From: Pirellulales bacterium
GTDB lineage: Bacteria > Planctomycetota > Planctomycetia > Pirellulales > Pirellulaceae
DNA: 64,000 bases
NCBI GenBank assembly: GCA_046349895.1
Contig: JAXMBJ010000006.1
Location: forward strand, 3,092,051 to 3,156,050
Direction: 5' to 3'
The position numbers and the translations under genes are program-made. The notes under the pieces were generated by a model. The model was not told where the DNA came from. It saw nothing but the letters and a program-made list of their open reading frames with translations, and did no database searches. The first letter of the stretch is position 1. Every line of letters begins with the position of its first letter. Positions 1 to 12,979 of the stretch are shown piece after piece.

Positions 1-1296
1 GAAGTCATGCAGCTGACCGACCGCTGGCGATCGCTCAGCAACGGGGCATTCCATCCGTCGACGGGCGCCGTAGCTCAGCTCTGGAAGACGGCCAGCCAGA
101 CGGGGCGCGAAATCGATCGGAACGCGCTTCGCCAGACCGTCGACCAGCTTCGTCAGCCAGCCTGGCGGCTTGATCCGACCCGACGCTCAGCCGAACGCCT
201 GTCGGAATTGCCCGTCGACTTCAACGGGATCGCCACCGGCTACATCATCGATCGCGCTGGCCAGCTCGCCCTGCAGACCCACCCGTCGCTCAGCGGACTG
301 CTGATCAACATCGGCGGCGACCTGCGGGCGTTCGGCGATCTGGAGACGGATGTCCACATCGCTCGCCCCGACGCCGATGCGGAAAACTCGCCGCCGTTGG
401 CCTCCATCCGGCTCCGTCACCGGGCTCTCACAACCAGCGGCAGTTACCGTCGGGGCGTCGACGTGCAGGGAGTCCACCATTCGCACATCCTGGACCCGCG
501 CACGGGCCAGCCGGCCGACACCATCGCCAGTGCCACGGTGATCGCCGCGACGGCGACCGACGCCGATGCCCTGGCCACGATCTGCTGCGTCCTCTCGCCT
601 GCTGACAGCCTGTCGCTGATCGATCAGCTGCCGGGTACGGCCTGTCTGCTGGTGACCGCCGACGGCAAACAGCTGACCAGTCGCGACTGGACCCAAGTCG
701 CCCCGCCCGCCACTCGCACCGTCGCCGCTCAACAGGCCCAGGGTGCCGACGAACGAACTGGCACGGCCGGCGGTGGCGGAGCTGCGTCCACGGGCGATGG
801 AAGTTGGAGCGAGCAGTTTGAATTGGGAGTGAATTTCGAGGTGCAGCGATCCGGGGACGCACGCGGTTATCGCCGGCCCTACGTCGCCGTGTGGCTGGAA
901 GACGCCGACGAGTTTCCCGTACGCACCCTCGCCCTGTGGCTCCAGACCGACGGACCCGGCCCGCGCTGGCACCCGGATCTCAGGCGCTGGTACCGCAACG
1001 ACCGAGTGCGGAAGCTGGTCGATGGCCGCGAACTGATCGGGACCGTCTCGGCCGCCACTCGCCCGGCCGGCAAATACAAGCTGGTCTGGGACGGCCATGA
1101 CGACCAAGGTCAGCCGGTGGCACCCGGCAAGTACACACTGTATCTCGAAGTCGCCCGAGAACACGGAACGTACCAACTGATGCAGACGGAGGTCGAAGTG
1201 GGAGGAGCCCAGCCGACCGACGAGAAGAATCTGGAAGGGAACGTCGAGATCAAGGGAGCCACGGTTGCCTACCGCCGCCGCACGCCAAAGAACTGA
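1..1296 (+). CDS. FAD:protein FMN transferase (ApbE/Ftp family) fused to a C-terminal DUF2271-like domain; 5' end probably lies upstream of the window
   Basis: Frame is open from nt 1. ApbE motifs are present (NGIATGYIIDRAG, TSGSYRRG, HHSHILDPRTGQP), but the conserved GYxxD block sits at about residue 75 rather than about 170, which implies N-terminal truncation. C-terminal about 160 aa (PYVAVWLEDAD...GKYTLYLEVAREHGTY) resembles DUF2271-type periplasmic domains. Confidence 0.7.
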   Translation, partial: EVMQLTDRWRSLSNGAFHPSTGAVAQLWKTASQTGREIDRNALRQTVDQLRQPAWRLDPTRRSAERLSELPVDFNGIATGYIIDRAGQLALQTHPSLSGLLINIGGDLRAFGDLETDVHIARPDADAENSPPLASIRLRHRALTTSGSYRRGVDVQGVHHSHILDPRTGQPADTIASATVIAATATDADALATICCVLSPADSLSLIDQLPGTACLLVTADGKQLTSRDWTQVAPPATRTVAAQQAQGADERTGTAGGGGAASTGDGSWSEQFELGVNFEVQRSGDARGYRRPYVAVWLEDADEFPVRTLALWLQTDGPGPRWHPDLRRWYRNDRVRKLVDGRELIGTVSAATRPAGKYKLVWDGHDDQGQPVAPGKYTLYLEVAREHGTYQLMQTEVEVGGAQPTDEKNLEGNVEIKGATVAYRRRTPKN

Positions 1297-2005
1297 TCGA
1301 CCCGGCCATCCTGATTCTGTCCGGCCAGACGCCGATTCGGGGGACGAATCGTCGGCGAGTTCCGACCGCCAGCCTCAGCGCGGGTTCTGGTTACGGGTCT
1401 CCCGTTCGTTCGCCGCCTGGGCCCGGTGGCTCCATATCTACTTGTCGATGGTCGGCTTCACCGTGCTCCTGTTCTTCAGCGTCACGGGGATCACGCTGAA
1501 TCATCCGCAATGGTTTCCGGCTGGCGACGCGAAGGAGAGCCAAACAGAGGGGCACCTCGATCCTAAGCTGCTGGGCGTAACTGCCGACGGCACCGTTGAA
1601 GAGGCCGAACGAGTCGATCGGTTGCAGGTCACCGAACACCTCCGCAACGTCCATCACATTCGCGCCGCACTGGCCGATTTTTCGGTCGATGACACTCAGT
1701 GCGTTGTCATCTTCAAGGGCCCCAGCTATGCGGCCGACGCGTTCATCGACCGTAGCTCGGGTGACTACCAGCTGACCGAGTCCTATCAGGGGCTGGTGGC
1801 CCTGGTGAACGATCTGCACAAGGGTCGCGACACGGGGACCGGCTGGTCGTGGCTGATCGACATCTCGGCCATCCTGATGACGCTCGTCTCCTTGACCGGC
1901 TTTGTCCTGATCTTCTACATTCGTCGCCGGCGGCTCTCAGGACTGGTCATGGCCGGCATTGGCACGGTCGCCGCGTTCGGTGTCTACTGGTTCTGTGTGA
2001 AGTAG
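1265..2005 (+). CDS. PepSY-associated TM helix protein
   Basis: Hydrophobic helices (WLHIYLSMVGFTVLLFFSVTGITLNHPQWF; C-terminal LIDISAILMTLVSLTGFVLIFY) are typical of PepSY-TM family. Start is TTG at 1265 and overlaps the ApbE gene by 32 nt; start uncertain. Confidence 0.6.
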   Translation: MPTAAARQRTDRPGHPDSVRPDADSGDESSASSDRQPQRGFWLRVSRSFAAWARWLHIYLSMVGFTVLLFFSVTGITLNHPQWFPAGDAKESQTEGHLDPKLLGVTADGTVEEAERVDRLQVTEHLRNVHHIRAALADFSVDDTQCVVIFKGPSYAADAFIDRSSGDYQLTESYQGLVALVNDLHKGRDTGTGWSWLIDISAILMTLVSLTGFVLIFYIRRRRLSGLVMAGIGTVAAFGVYWFCVK

Positions 2006-2025
2006 CTTCACCGCTACTCGATACG

Positions 2026-3333
2026 ATGAACGTCCGTCGCCTCGAGGCGGTGGTTCCTTCGATCGCGAGGACGCGCATGCGGTTTCTCTGTTCCACGTTT
2101 GGCAGCGCCGGGGACGTCTTCCCGATGCTGGGCTTGGCTTTGGCCCTCAGGCAGCGAGGTCATGACGTCAGTTTTGCCACCAATGCCCACTACGGCGGCG
2201 TGGTCGAATCGTCCGGCCTGCCCTTTCACGCGCTGGGGACCGAGGAAGATTTTCAGCGGTGCGTCGACAATCCTGACCTGTGGCACCCGCTTCGCGCCTT
2301 CGGGCACGTCATTCGATCGCTGCAGCCCGTGCTGAAGGCACAATACGAGCTGCACGTCACTTCCGCTCACCCCGATCTGATCGCCATCACCAACTGTTTT
2401 GGTTTCGGCGCCTTCAACGCACGGGAAACAATCGGGCTCCCCGTGATCACCATGCACTGCCAGCCAGCCGTATTGTGGAGCGACATCGATCCGCCGGCAC
2501 TTCCCGGACTCGTCGGCCCGCAATGGCTCCAGCGGCTCGGATATCGACTCGGCGTCCGCTGGATGCTGCATCCGACCGTCGCGAGATTCGTCAATCCGTG
2601 GCGAGCCGAATTGGGCCTGGGCCCCATCCCTCCGGTCACTTCCTGGTGGAATTCCCCGGACGGCGTGCTGGCGATGTTCCCCGACTGGTACGCGCCGGCT
2701 CAACCCGACTGGCCGCCGCACGTCATGCAGACCGATTTTCCGCTCTGGAACCATCGGTCGGACCGGCCGCTGGACCCTGAGGTGGAAGATTTCCTGACCG
2801 CTGGGAAGCCTCCAATCGTTTTCACTCCCGGTTCGGCCAACATCCACGGCAGCGATTTCTTTCGCTCAGCGGTCGACGCCTGCCGGCTATTGGGGCGCCG
2901 CGCCGTGCTGCTATCCGAGTTCCCCGACCAAATTCCGCCGCTCTCGGGGACCGACGCTGCCCACTTTGCCTACGTCCCCCTCGATCGCATCCTGCCCCGC
3001 TCAGCCGCCTTCGTCCACCACGGCGGCATCGGGTCGACCTCGCAGGCGCTGCTGGCCGGGATTCCCCAGGTGATCATGCCGCTGGCCCACGACCAGTTCG
3101 ACAACCTGCAGCGCATCACGCGACGAAGTCTAGGGGCCGGCCTTCCGGTCCGACGGTTCCGCCCGCGGCCGCTGGCCAATACGCTCGACCAGCTCCTGAA
3201 CTCCACGGACGTTCACTCCGCCTGCCAAGCGGCGGCCGCACGATTGGCACCACGTGACGGCCTGACAAGATCAGCAGTTGCGATCGAAGAGCGTGGCACT
3301 GAACTGCTGGCCAGTCGAAGAGATCGCACCTGA
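2026..3333 (+). CDS. GT1-family UDP-glycosyltransferase (MGT/macrolide-glycosyltransferase-like)
   Basis: N-terminal MRFLCSTFGSAGDVFP and C-terminal HHGGIGSTSQALLAGIPQVIMPLAHDQFDN match the GT-B UDP-glycosyltransferase signature. ATG at 2026 verified; alternative ATG at 2077. The upstream part of ORF 1849-3333 was discarded. Confidence 0.8.
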   Translation: MNVRRLEAVVPSIARTRMRFLCSTFGSAGDVFPMLGLALALRQRGHDVSFATNAHYGGVVESSGLPFHALGTEEDFQRCVDNPDLWHPLRAFGHVIRSLQPVLKAQYELHVTSAHPDLIAITNCFGFGAFNARETIGLPVITMHCQPAVLWSDIDPPALPGLVGPQWLQRLGYRLGVRWMLHPTVARFVNPWRAELGLGPIPPVTSWWNSPDGVLAMFPDWYAPAQPDWPPHVMQTDFPLWNHRSDRPLDPEVEDFLTAGKPPIVFTPGSANIHGSDFFRSAVDACRLLGRRAVLLSEFPDQIPPLSGTDAAHFAYVPLDRILPRSAAFVHHGGIGSTSQALLAGIPQVIMPLAHDQFDNLQRITRRSLGAGLPVRRFRPRPLANTLDQLLNSTDVHSACQAAAARLAPRDGLTRSAVAIEERGTELLASRRDRT

Positions 3334-3430
3334 CAGCGCACGAAGGTCGAGGCTGAAGCTGCAGCCTTCATCCCCGCGTGCGCTGAGTGCCGTTCGTTCC
3401 GGTCTCGCCCGCCATAGTTCGTCGAGCGAC

Positions 3431-4600
3431 TTACTTCGCCAGCGACTTCAGCTTGGCAGCCTGATCGGTCTTTTCCCAAGTGAACTCGGGCTCGTTGCGA
3501 CCGAAGTGTCCGCCGGAGGCCGTCTTCTGGTAGATCGGACGCCGCAGATTCAGGTGCTCGATGATGCCGCGCGGCGTCAACGGGAAGACTTCCCGCACCA
3601 GCTCGCACAGCTTCGCGTCGGGCACGATCCCGGTGCCGAACGAGTCGACCCGGACGCTGACCGGCTCGGAGACGCCGATGGCGTAAGCGAGTTGGATTTC
3701 ACAGCGACGAGCGAGTCCGGCGGCGACGAGGTTCTTGGCGACGTAGCGGGCCATGTAAGCCGCACTGCGATCGACCTTCGTCGGATCCTTGCCGCTGAAC
3801 GCACCACCGCCGTGACGACCCCAGCCACCGTACGTATCGACGATGATCTTGCGGCCAGTCAGACCGCAGTCGCCCTGCGGGCCACCGACGACGAAACGAC
3901 CGGTCGGATTGATGTGGTGCGTGAACTTGTTCCCCGGAATCAGCTCCGCGGGGACCGTCTCCGGCACGATCTTCTTGAGAATGTATTCTTCGATTTCTTT
4001 CTTCTCGACCGACGGAGCATGCTGAGTCGACACGACGATCGTATCGACTCGCAGCGGACGGTCGCCATCGTACTCCACCGTCACCTGGCTCTTGCTGTCC
4101 GGACGCAGCCAGTTGACTTCGCCCTTCTGCCGAGCGGCGGTGAGCCGATTGAGAATGCGGTGAGCCAGAGCGATCGGCGTGGGGAGGAGCTCGGGGGTTT
4201 CGTCGCAGGCGAAGCCGAACATCAGACCCTGGTCGCCGGCGCCAATGTCTTTGCCAGCTTTCTGGTCGTCATTGACCCCTTGAGCGATATCCGGACTCTG
4301 CTTGTCGATCGACACCATGACGGCACACGTCTTGGCACAGATCCCCATCTCGTCGTCCGTGTAACCGACCCGCTCGATCACGTCGCGGGCGACCTGAGCG
4401 TAATCGACAATGGCCTTGGTGGTGATCTCGCCGGCCAGAATGGCGATCCCGGTCGTGACCATCGTTTCGCAGGCCACGCGGGAATAGGGATCCTGAGCAA
4501 GAATAGCGTCCAGGACTCCGTCTGAAATCTGATCGGCCAGCTTGTCGGGATGCCCCATGCTGACCGATTCGCTGGTAAACAAGAACTTATTTCCGGCCAC
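3431..4600 (-). CDS. metK: S-adenosylmethionine synthetase
   Basis: [20 protein letters not shown] and the [12 protein letters not shown] motif; full-length 389 aa. Start codon is GTG at 4600 with GAGGA 8 nt upstream. Confidence 0.95.
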   Translation of the reverse strand: MAGNKFLFTSESVSMGHPDKLADQISDGVLDAILAQDPYSRVACETMVTTGIAILAGEITTKAIVDYAQVARDVIERVGYTDDEMGICAKTCAVMVSIDKQSPDIAQGVNDDQKAGKDIGAGDQGLMFGFACDETPELLPTPIALAHRILNRLTAARQKGEVNWLRPDSKSQVTVEYDGDRPLRVDTIVVSTQHAPSVEKKEIEEYILKKIVPETVPAELIPGNKFTHHINPTGRFVVGGPQGDCGLTGRKIIVDTYGGWGRHGGGAFSGKDPTKVDRSAAYMARYVAKNLVAAGLARRCEIQLAYAIGVSEPVSVRVDSFGTGIVPDAKLCELVREVFPLTPRGIIEHLNLRRPIYQKTASGGHFGRNEPEFTWEKTDQAAKLKSLAK

Positions 4601-4786
4601 GACTGATCCTCACGACTAAGCTAAGACCTCGAACTGCCGAACCCCGGCGAACGCTCGTCCAAGGGGGCCCTGCGGTGTCTTGGCGGCAGCCCACACGGCG
4701 CCGCGCAGCTTCAAACTATAACACTGGCCTCATCCGACCGGTAGGAGCCCTCGCCCCATGGCCGGTCCCCTGTCGGCTCCATCAAC

Positions 4787-4812
4787 GGCCCCCGTGACCG
4801 GTGACGGGGGCC
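4787..4812 (-). terminator. GC-rich hairpin (9-bp stem GGCCCCCGT/ACGGGGGCC, 8-nt loop) abutting the stop of the MBL-fold gene
   Basis: Inverted repeat read directly from the sequence. No U-tract follows on the minus strand, so an intrinsic terminator is uncertain. It also lies in the metK upstream leader. Confidence 0.3.
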
Positions 4813-4814
4813 AC

Positions 4815-5642
4815 TCACGATGGGCCCAAGTCGATGCGCAGGCCGTCATAGGCCAGTTCGATGCCCCTCGGGAGCTCGGCATTGGTCTGGTCGTAGTCCA
4901 GCTCATGTGACAAGTGAGTCAGATAGGTCTGCCGGGCGCCGATCTGTCGAGCGGCCGCAATGGCCTCTTCGATCGAAAAATGGGTCGGGTGGGGGCGATG
5001 GCGGAGAGCGCCCAGGACGAGCACGTCGAGGTCGGTCAGCAACGGCCAGGTCGCGTCGGGGATCGATTTGACGTCCGTGCAGTAGGCGACTCGGCCCACG
5101 CGGAATCCCAGGACCTGGAAGCGGGGGCCGTGGAGCAGCCTCAGCGGACGGATATCGGCCCCCAGCAGCCGGAACGGCTCGGTACCGATATCGTGCAGCT
5201 CCAGCTGCGGCACCGAACCCGGGTGAGTCGGCTCGAGGTCCGAGAAGGCGTAGTCAAAAGACGCCCGGATCCGCGTGGCGACCTGAGGTTCGCAATAAAT
5301 GGGCATCGGATGGCCCAGGTAGAACGGAAAGACCCGCAGGTCGTCCAGGCCGAACAGATGGTCGGCGTGTTCGTGGGTGTAGACCACCGCGTGAATGGTG
5401 CCAATCCGTTCCCGCAACAGCTGCAGCCGCATTTCGGGCGATGTGTCGACCAGCAGATTGCCTTCCGGGAGCCCGAAGACCACCGAGCATCGCGTGCGCT
5501 GATTGCGGGGGTGGCCTCCGGTGCAGACGTCACAGGGGCAGCCCAGAGCGGGGACGCCGACCGAGGTCCCCGTCCCCAGCAGCACCAGCTGACCACGGAT
5601 CGATTGATCGACTTTGGCCAGTTCATCAGGCAGACGAGTCAC
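4815..5642 (-). CDS. MBL-fold metallo-hydrolase (PhnP/GPMB-like)
   Basis: HxHxDH motif (YTHEHADHLFG) and glycine-rich N-terminus LVLLGTGTSVGVP. Start GTG at 5642; start uncertain. Confidence 0.7.
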   Translation of the reverse strand: MTRLPDELAKVDQSIRGQLVLLGTGTSVGVPALGCPCDVCTGGHPRNQRTRCSVVFGLPEGNLLVDTSPEMRLQLLRERIGTIHAVVYTHEHADHLFGLDDLRVFPFYLGHPMPIYCEPQVATRIRASFDYAFSDLEPTHPGSVPQLELHDIGTEPFRLLGADIRPLRLLHGPRFQVLGFRVGRVAYCTDVKSIPDATWPLLTDLDVLVLGALRHRPHPTHFSIEEAIAAARQIGARQTYLTHLSHELDYDQTNAELPRGIELAYDGLRIDLGPS

Positions 5643-5781
5643 AGTGGATGGCTTCCCGGGTGCTGGCTCCGATGTGCAGGCCGGAGCGGTTGCGAGTACC
5701 GTTGACGGTGCGCGCCTTCACGGGCAAGATACGCCAGTCCTCGATCCCGCTCAACCGGTACAACTCTCGGAGCCCCTGCGG

Positions 5782-6672
5782 ATGAAGATCGCCGCCTTCC
5801 CCAAGTGTTACCTGGACGCCATCTCGCGTGATCGGACGATGACCGTTTTCGACTGGATCGAGATGGCTCGGGAACTGCCCACCGAAGGGCTGGAGATGTA
5901 CGAGGGGTTCTTCACCAGCCTGGACGGGCCCTACCTGGACCGGGTCCGGCAGGCCATCGAAGGGGCCGGTTACGAAATGCCCATGCTCTGCTGTTCGCCC
6001 GACTTCACCAATCCCGATCCGGCGGCCCGCGCGGCGGCGGTCGTCAAGGAACGGCAGATGATCGAAGTCACCCGACGGCTGGGAGGGGGGTTCTGCCGAG
6101 TGTTGACGGGGCAGAGGTATCCGGAGGTGAGTGTGGAGCAGGGAGTGACTTGGGTGCGGGAGGCGATCGAGCAGTTGCTGCCCGACGCTCGACGGCTGGA
6201 CGTCGTCCTGGCCCTCGAAAACCACTACAAGGACGGCTACTGGAAGTACCCCGAGTTCGCTCAGAAACAGGACGTCTTCCTGAAAGTGCTGGCGGCGATC
6301 CCCGACACGAAACACTTCGGTGTCCAGTACGATCCGTCGAACGCGATTGTGGCCGGAGACGACCCGCTGGAGCTGCTGCAGCTGGTCAAGCACCGCGTAG
6401 TGACGGCTCATGCGAGCGACCGGTTCCTGGCCCCCGGCGTGACGCTGGACGATTTGCGGCAGACCGACGGTACGCTCGGCTACTCACCCGCACTCCAGCA
6501 CGGCGTGACCGGTCAGGGGCTGAACGACTACGATACGATCTTCCGCACGCTGGCCGAGGTTGGCTTCCAGGGCTGGATCAGCATCGAGGACGGCATGAAC
6601 GGCATGGACGAGATGCGTCAGTCGCTGGAGTTCCTGCACGCGATGCGGAAGAAGTATTTTGGCATTGGCTGA
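5782..6672 (+). CDS. sugar phosphate isomerase/epimerase (xylose-isomerase-like TIM barrel)
   Basis: ATG at 5782 verified. The 5614-5781 part of the ORF is an antisense read-through of the MBL gene and was discarded. Typical AP-endonuclease-2/TIM-barrel composition (LALENHYKDGYW..., ISIEDGMNG). Confidence 0.7.
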   Translation: MKIAAFPKCYLDAISRDRTMTVFDWIEMARELPTEGLEMYEGFFTSLDGPYLDRVRQAIEGAGYEMPMLCCSPDFTNPDPAARAAAVVKERQMIEVTRRLGGGFCRVLTGQRYPEVSVEQGVTWVREAIEQLLPDARRLDVVLALENHYKDGYWKYPEFAQKQDVFLKVLAAIPDTKHFGVQYDPSNAIVAGDDPLELLQLVKHRVVTAHASDRFLAPGVTLDDLRQTDGTLGYSPALQHGVTGQGLNDYDTIFRTLAEVGFQGWISIEDGMNGMDEMRQSLEFLHAMRKKYFGIG

Positions 6673-6726
6673 GCGTTGGGGCTGGGCCACCCGTTTATCT
6701 CTTTTGGATTGGGAAGGTGTTGTCTG

Positions 6727-7446
6727 ATGTCGCAAGTCCCGTCGTCCGCGTCCAGTTCGAAACGACCTCGCGCCCTGGTCCAGATCTCCCTGGACGTGAC
6801 CTCTATTCCGGAGGCCCTGGAGCTGGCCGGAGCCGCCGTGCGGGCCGGAGTCGACTGGCTGGAAGCGGGGACGCCGCTGATTCTGGCCGAGGGACTGCAT
6901 GGCGTGCGGGCCTTGAAGGGGGCCTTTCCGGACAAGCCGCTGGTGGCCGACCTGAAGACGATGGACGGTGCCGGGCTGGAGGCCGAGATGATGTTTCAGG
7001 CCGGAGCCGACATGGTCGTCGTCATGGGGCAGGCTCATGATGCGAGCATCATCGAGCAGGTGAAGATGGCGAAGAAGTACGGTGGCCGGGTGATGTGCGA
7101 CGTGATGCTGTGCGACGACAAACCGGGTCGAGCCCGCCGGGCTCAGGAACTGGGCGTTGACTACATCATTGTCCACACAGGCTTCGACGAACGGAACATG
7201 ATCCCCGGCCTGAGCCCGCTGGACGATCTCCAGCCGATCCTCGACGCCGTCACCATCCCCGTCCAGGCGGTGGGGGGCCTGTCGGTCGAACAGGCGATTC
7301 AGACGTGGGAACTGGGCGCGGAGATCGTCGTCTTCGGCGCTCCGCTGGTCATCCGCAGCGACCGGTTCCAGGCGGCGGGAGACGATTTCGAGGCCCAGCT
7401 GCGGGCCATCATGGCCGAGATGGAGGGCCGCCGCGGCCAGTCTTGA
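6727..7446 (+). CDS. 3-hexulose-6-phosphate synthase family protein (HxlA/RmpA-like; OMP-decarboxylase fold)
   Basis: LVQISLDVTSIPEALEL, VADLKTMDGAG and GVDYIIVHTGFD align closely with Bacillus HxlA (LQLALDLVNIPEAIEL, VADLKIMDAG, GVDYICVHTGYD), recalled from memory. Confidence 0.8.
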   Translation: MSQVPSSASSSKRPRALVQISLDVTSIPEALELAGAAVRAGVDWLEAGTPLILAEGLHGVRALKGAFPDKPLVADLKTMDGAGLEAEMMFQAGADMVVVMGQAHDASIIEQVKMAKKYGGRVMCDVMLCDDKPGRARRAQELGVDYIIVHTGFDERNMIPGLSPLDDLQPILDAVTIPVQAVGGLSVEQAIQTWELGAEIVVFGAPLVIRSDRFQAAGDDFEAQLRAIMAEMEGRRGQS

Positions 7447-7494
7447 GCAACCTCTCTGAGCCAAACGGGCCCCACCCCAAAGAGCTATCCCGGC

Positions 7495-7560
7495 TCAAAC
7501 ACAAGTTGACCACGCGGCAGAATCGCTATAAATTGTGTGTTTGAAATAATTTAGGACCAC
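7495..7560 (+). promoter_or_regulatory. AT-rich island with TATAAAT -10-like element upstream of secA (long 5' leader)
   Basis: cgctataaattgtgtgtttgaaataatttagg stands out in GC-rich surroundings, about 230 nt upstream of the secA ATG. Confidence 0.3.
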
Positions 7561-7785
7561 AGCCAAGGCAACTTGGCGGTCGTGGTTCCGGTTGCTGGCA
7601 GCCGTCGGGTCAAGGAGTGACCGCCTGCGCGTCGGGCTGGGAGCGGACTCGGCAGTTTCGTCGGGAGACTGGCGGCAGAGGGAACGGGAAGCGTGCCGGA
7701 TCGTGAAGCCCTTGGGCTCAGTCGGGGCGTTGGTGACAGGTACTGGCCCTCGCTGGGAACGATCCTCATTCAAGAGAAGCCAATC

Positions 7786-11538
<3,753 letters not shown>

Positions 11539-11579
11539 CGGCTCAACTCCGGCGTCCGTTCGAGGAAAAGGATGTCCTC

Positions 11580-12944
11580 ATGGCTTGGCTGCTGAACGCT
11601 GTCTACCTGCTGCTGATCGTCGCCTGCAGTCCGGCCCTCATCTGGCAGGCTTGGCGACACGGCAAGTATCGCCAGGGCTGGCGCCAAAAACTGCTCGGCG
11701 ACCTGCCGCAACTCGACGCACAACCACGACTCTGGCTCCATGCCGTCAGTGTCGGTGAAGTCCAGCTGCTGCAGCCGATCGTCACGGCCTTGCGGGCCGA
11801 ACGGGCCGATCTCGATCTGGTGATCACAACCACCACGCAGACCGGCTACGAACTCGCCCGACGACGCTATCCCGATCTGACCGTCGCTTACTGTCCGCTC
11901 GATTTCAGCTGGGCCGTTCGCCGCGCCTTCGATCGCCTGCGGCCATCCATGCTCGTCCTGGCCGAATTGGAACTCTGGCCCAACCTGATCCACACCGCGG
12001 CTGCCCGACACATCCCCGTGACGATCGTCAACGGAAGACTTGGTCAGCGCAGCGCACGAGGCTATGGACGCATCCGGCCATTCATTCGGCAGGTGCTGAG
12101 CCGGTTGACCTGGATCGGCGCTCAGGACCACACCATCGCCGCTCGCTTTATCGCCCTCGGTGCCCCATCTGCGCGAGTGACCGTCACCGGCTCGGTGAAG
12201 TTCGACGGCGCTGAGTCGGACCGTCAGAACGCCCGGACGCGCGACCTGGCGCGCTGGGCCGGTTTTGAGCCGCACGATCAGGTGTGGCTGGTCGGCAGCA
12301 CGCAAGACCCCGAAGAACGCCTGGCGCTGGCCGTCTTCGATCAACTCGCCCCGCGTTTCTCGCGACTCAAGCTGGTTCTGGTCCCCCGCCATGCCGAGCG
12401 GTTTGAAGATGTCGCCGCTCTAGTCGCTCAGTCCCAGTGGACTTGGCGCCGTCGGAGCGACACTGGCGCCGCTCCGGGCAAACCACCCCGCATTGTCGTC
12501 GTCGACACGATTGGCGAACTGGGTGCCTGGTGGGGAACAGCGTCGATCGGGTTTGTGGGTGGAAGCCTCACTCAGCGCGGCGGCCAGAACATGATCGAAC
12601 CGTCCGCCTACGGTGTGGCGACCTGCTTCGGCCCCCATACTCACAACTTCCGCGATATCGTCGCTCTGCTGCTGCAAGCCGATGCCTGCCAGGTGGTGCA
12701 CGACCAGCAGGAGCTGCATGATTTTGTCGAACGATGCCTGGTCGATCCCGACTACCGCCAGTCGCTCGGCCAACGCGCCGCTCAAGTCGTCGCCCAACAC
12801 CGCGGCGGCACGCGCCGCACCGTCGACCGACTCCTCGAACTCCTCGGCCCCCCTCCCCTACCCTCGCGTGCGTGGCCCGCACCGGCTACCCCTGCCACCA
12901 CACCGGCCAGCACTCCCCCTGCCCCCATGCGCCGCACGGCGTAG
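11580..12944 (+). CDS. waaA: 3-deoxy-D-manno-octulosonic acid (Kdo) transferase
   Basis: HAVSVGE motif near the N-terminus and a GT30 Kdo-transferase-like C-terminal half; Pro/Thr/Ala-rich C-terminal tail. ATG at 11580 verified. Confidence 0.8.
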   Translation: MAWLLNAVYLLLIVACSPALIWQAWRHGKYRQGWRQKLLGDLPQLDAQPRLWLHAVSVGEVQLLQPIVTALRAERADLDLVITTTTQTGYELARRRYPDLTVAYCPLDFSWAVRRAFDRLRPSMLVLAELELWPNLIHTAAARHIPVTIVNGRLGQRSARGYGRIRPFIRQVLSRLTWIGAQDHTIAARFIALGAPSARVTVTGSVKFDGAESDRQNARTRDLARWAGFEPHDQVWLVGSTQDPEERLALAVFDQLAPRFSRLKLVLVPRHAERFEDVAALVAQSQWTWRRRSDTGAAPGKPPRIVVVDTIGELGAWWGTASIGFVGGSLTQRGGQNMIEPSAYGVATCFGPHTHNFRDIVALLLQADACQVVHDQQELHDFVERCLVDPDYRQSLGQRAAQVVAQHRGGTRRTVDRLLELLGPPPLPSRAWPAPATPATTPASTPPAPMRRTA

Positions 12945-12979
12945 GCGCCGGTTGTGGAGTCCTGACGGCAGCCGGAGCC

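Noticed and set aside
1849-2025. N-terminal 59-aa extension of the GT1 ORF
   Set aside because: It overlaps the end of the PepSY gene, has an Arg/His-rich composition, and the GT1 domain begins right after the ATG at 2026/2077.
4601-4814. SAM riboswitch upstream of metK
   Set aside because: I could not find SAM-I/SAM-II conserved cores by eye; only a GC hairpin and a TATAGT-like box. Needs a covariance-model scan.
5626-7464. Minus-strand ORFs 5626-6411 and 6484-7464, and plus-strand ORF 6150-7040
   Set aside because: They overlap the sugar-phosphate isomerase and HPS-like genes, which have strong family matches, and their composition looks spurious.
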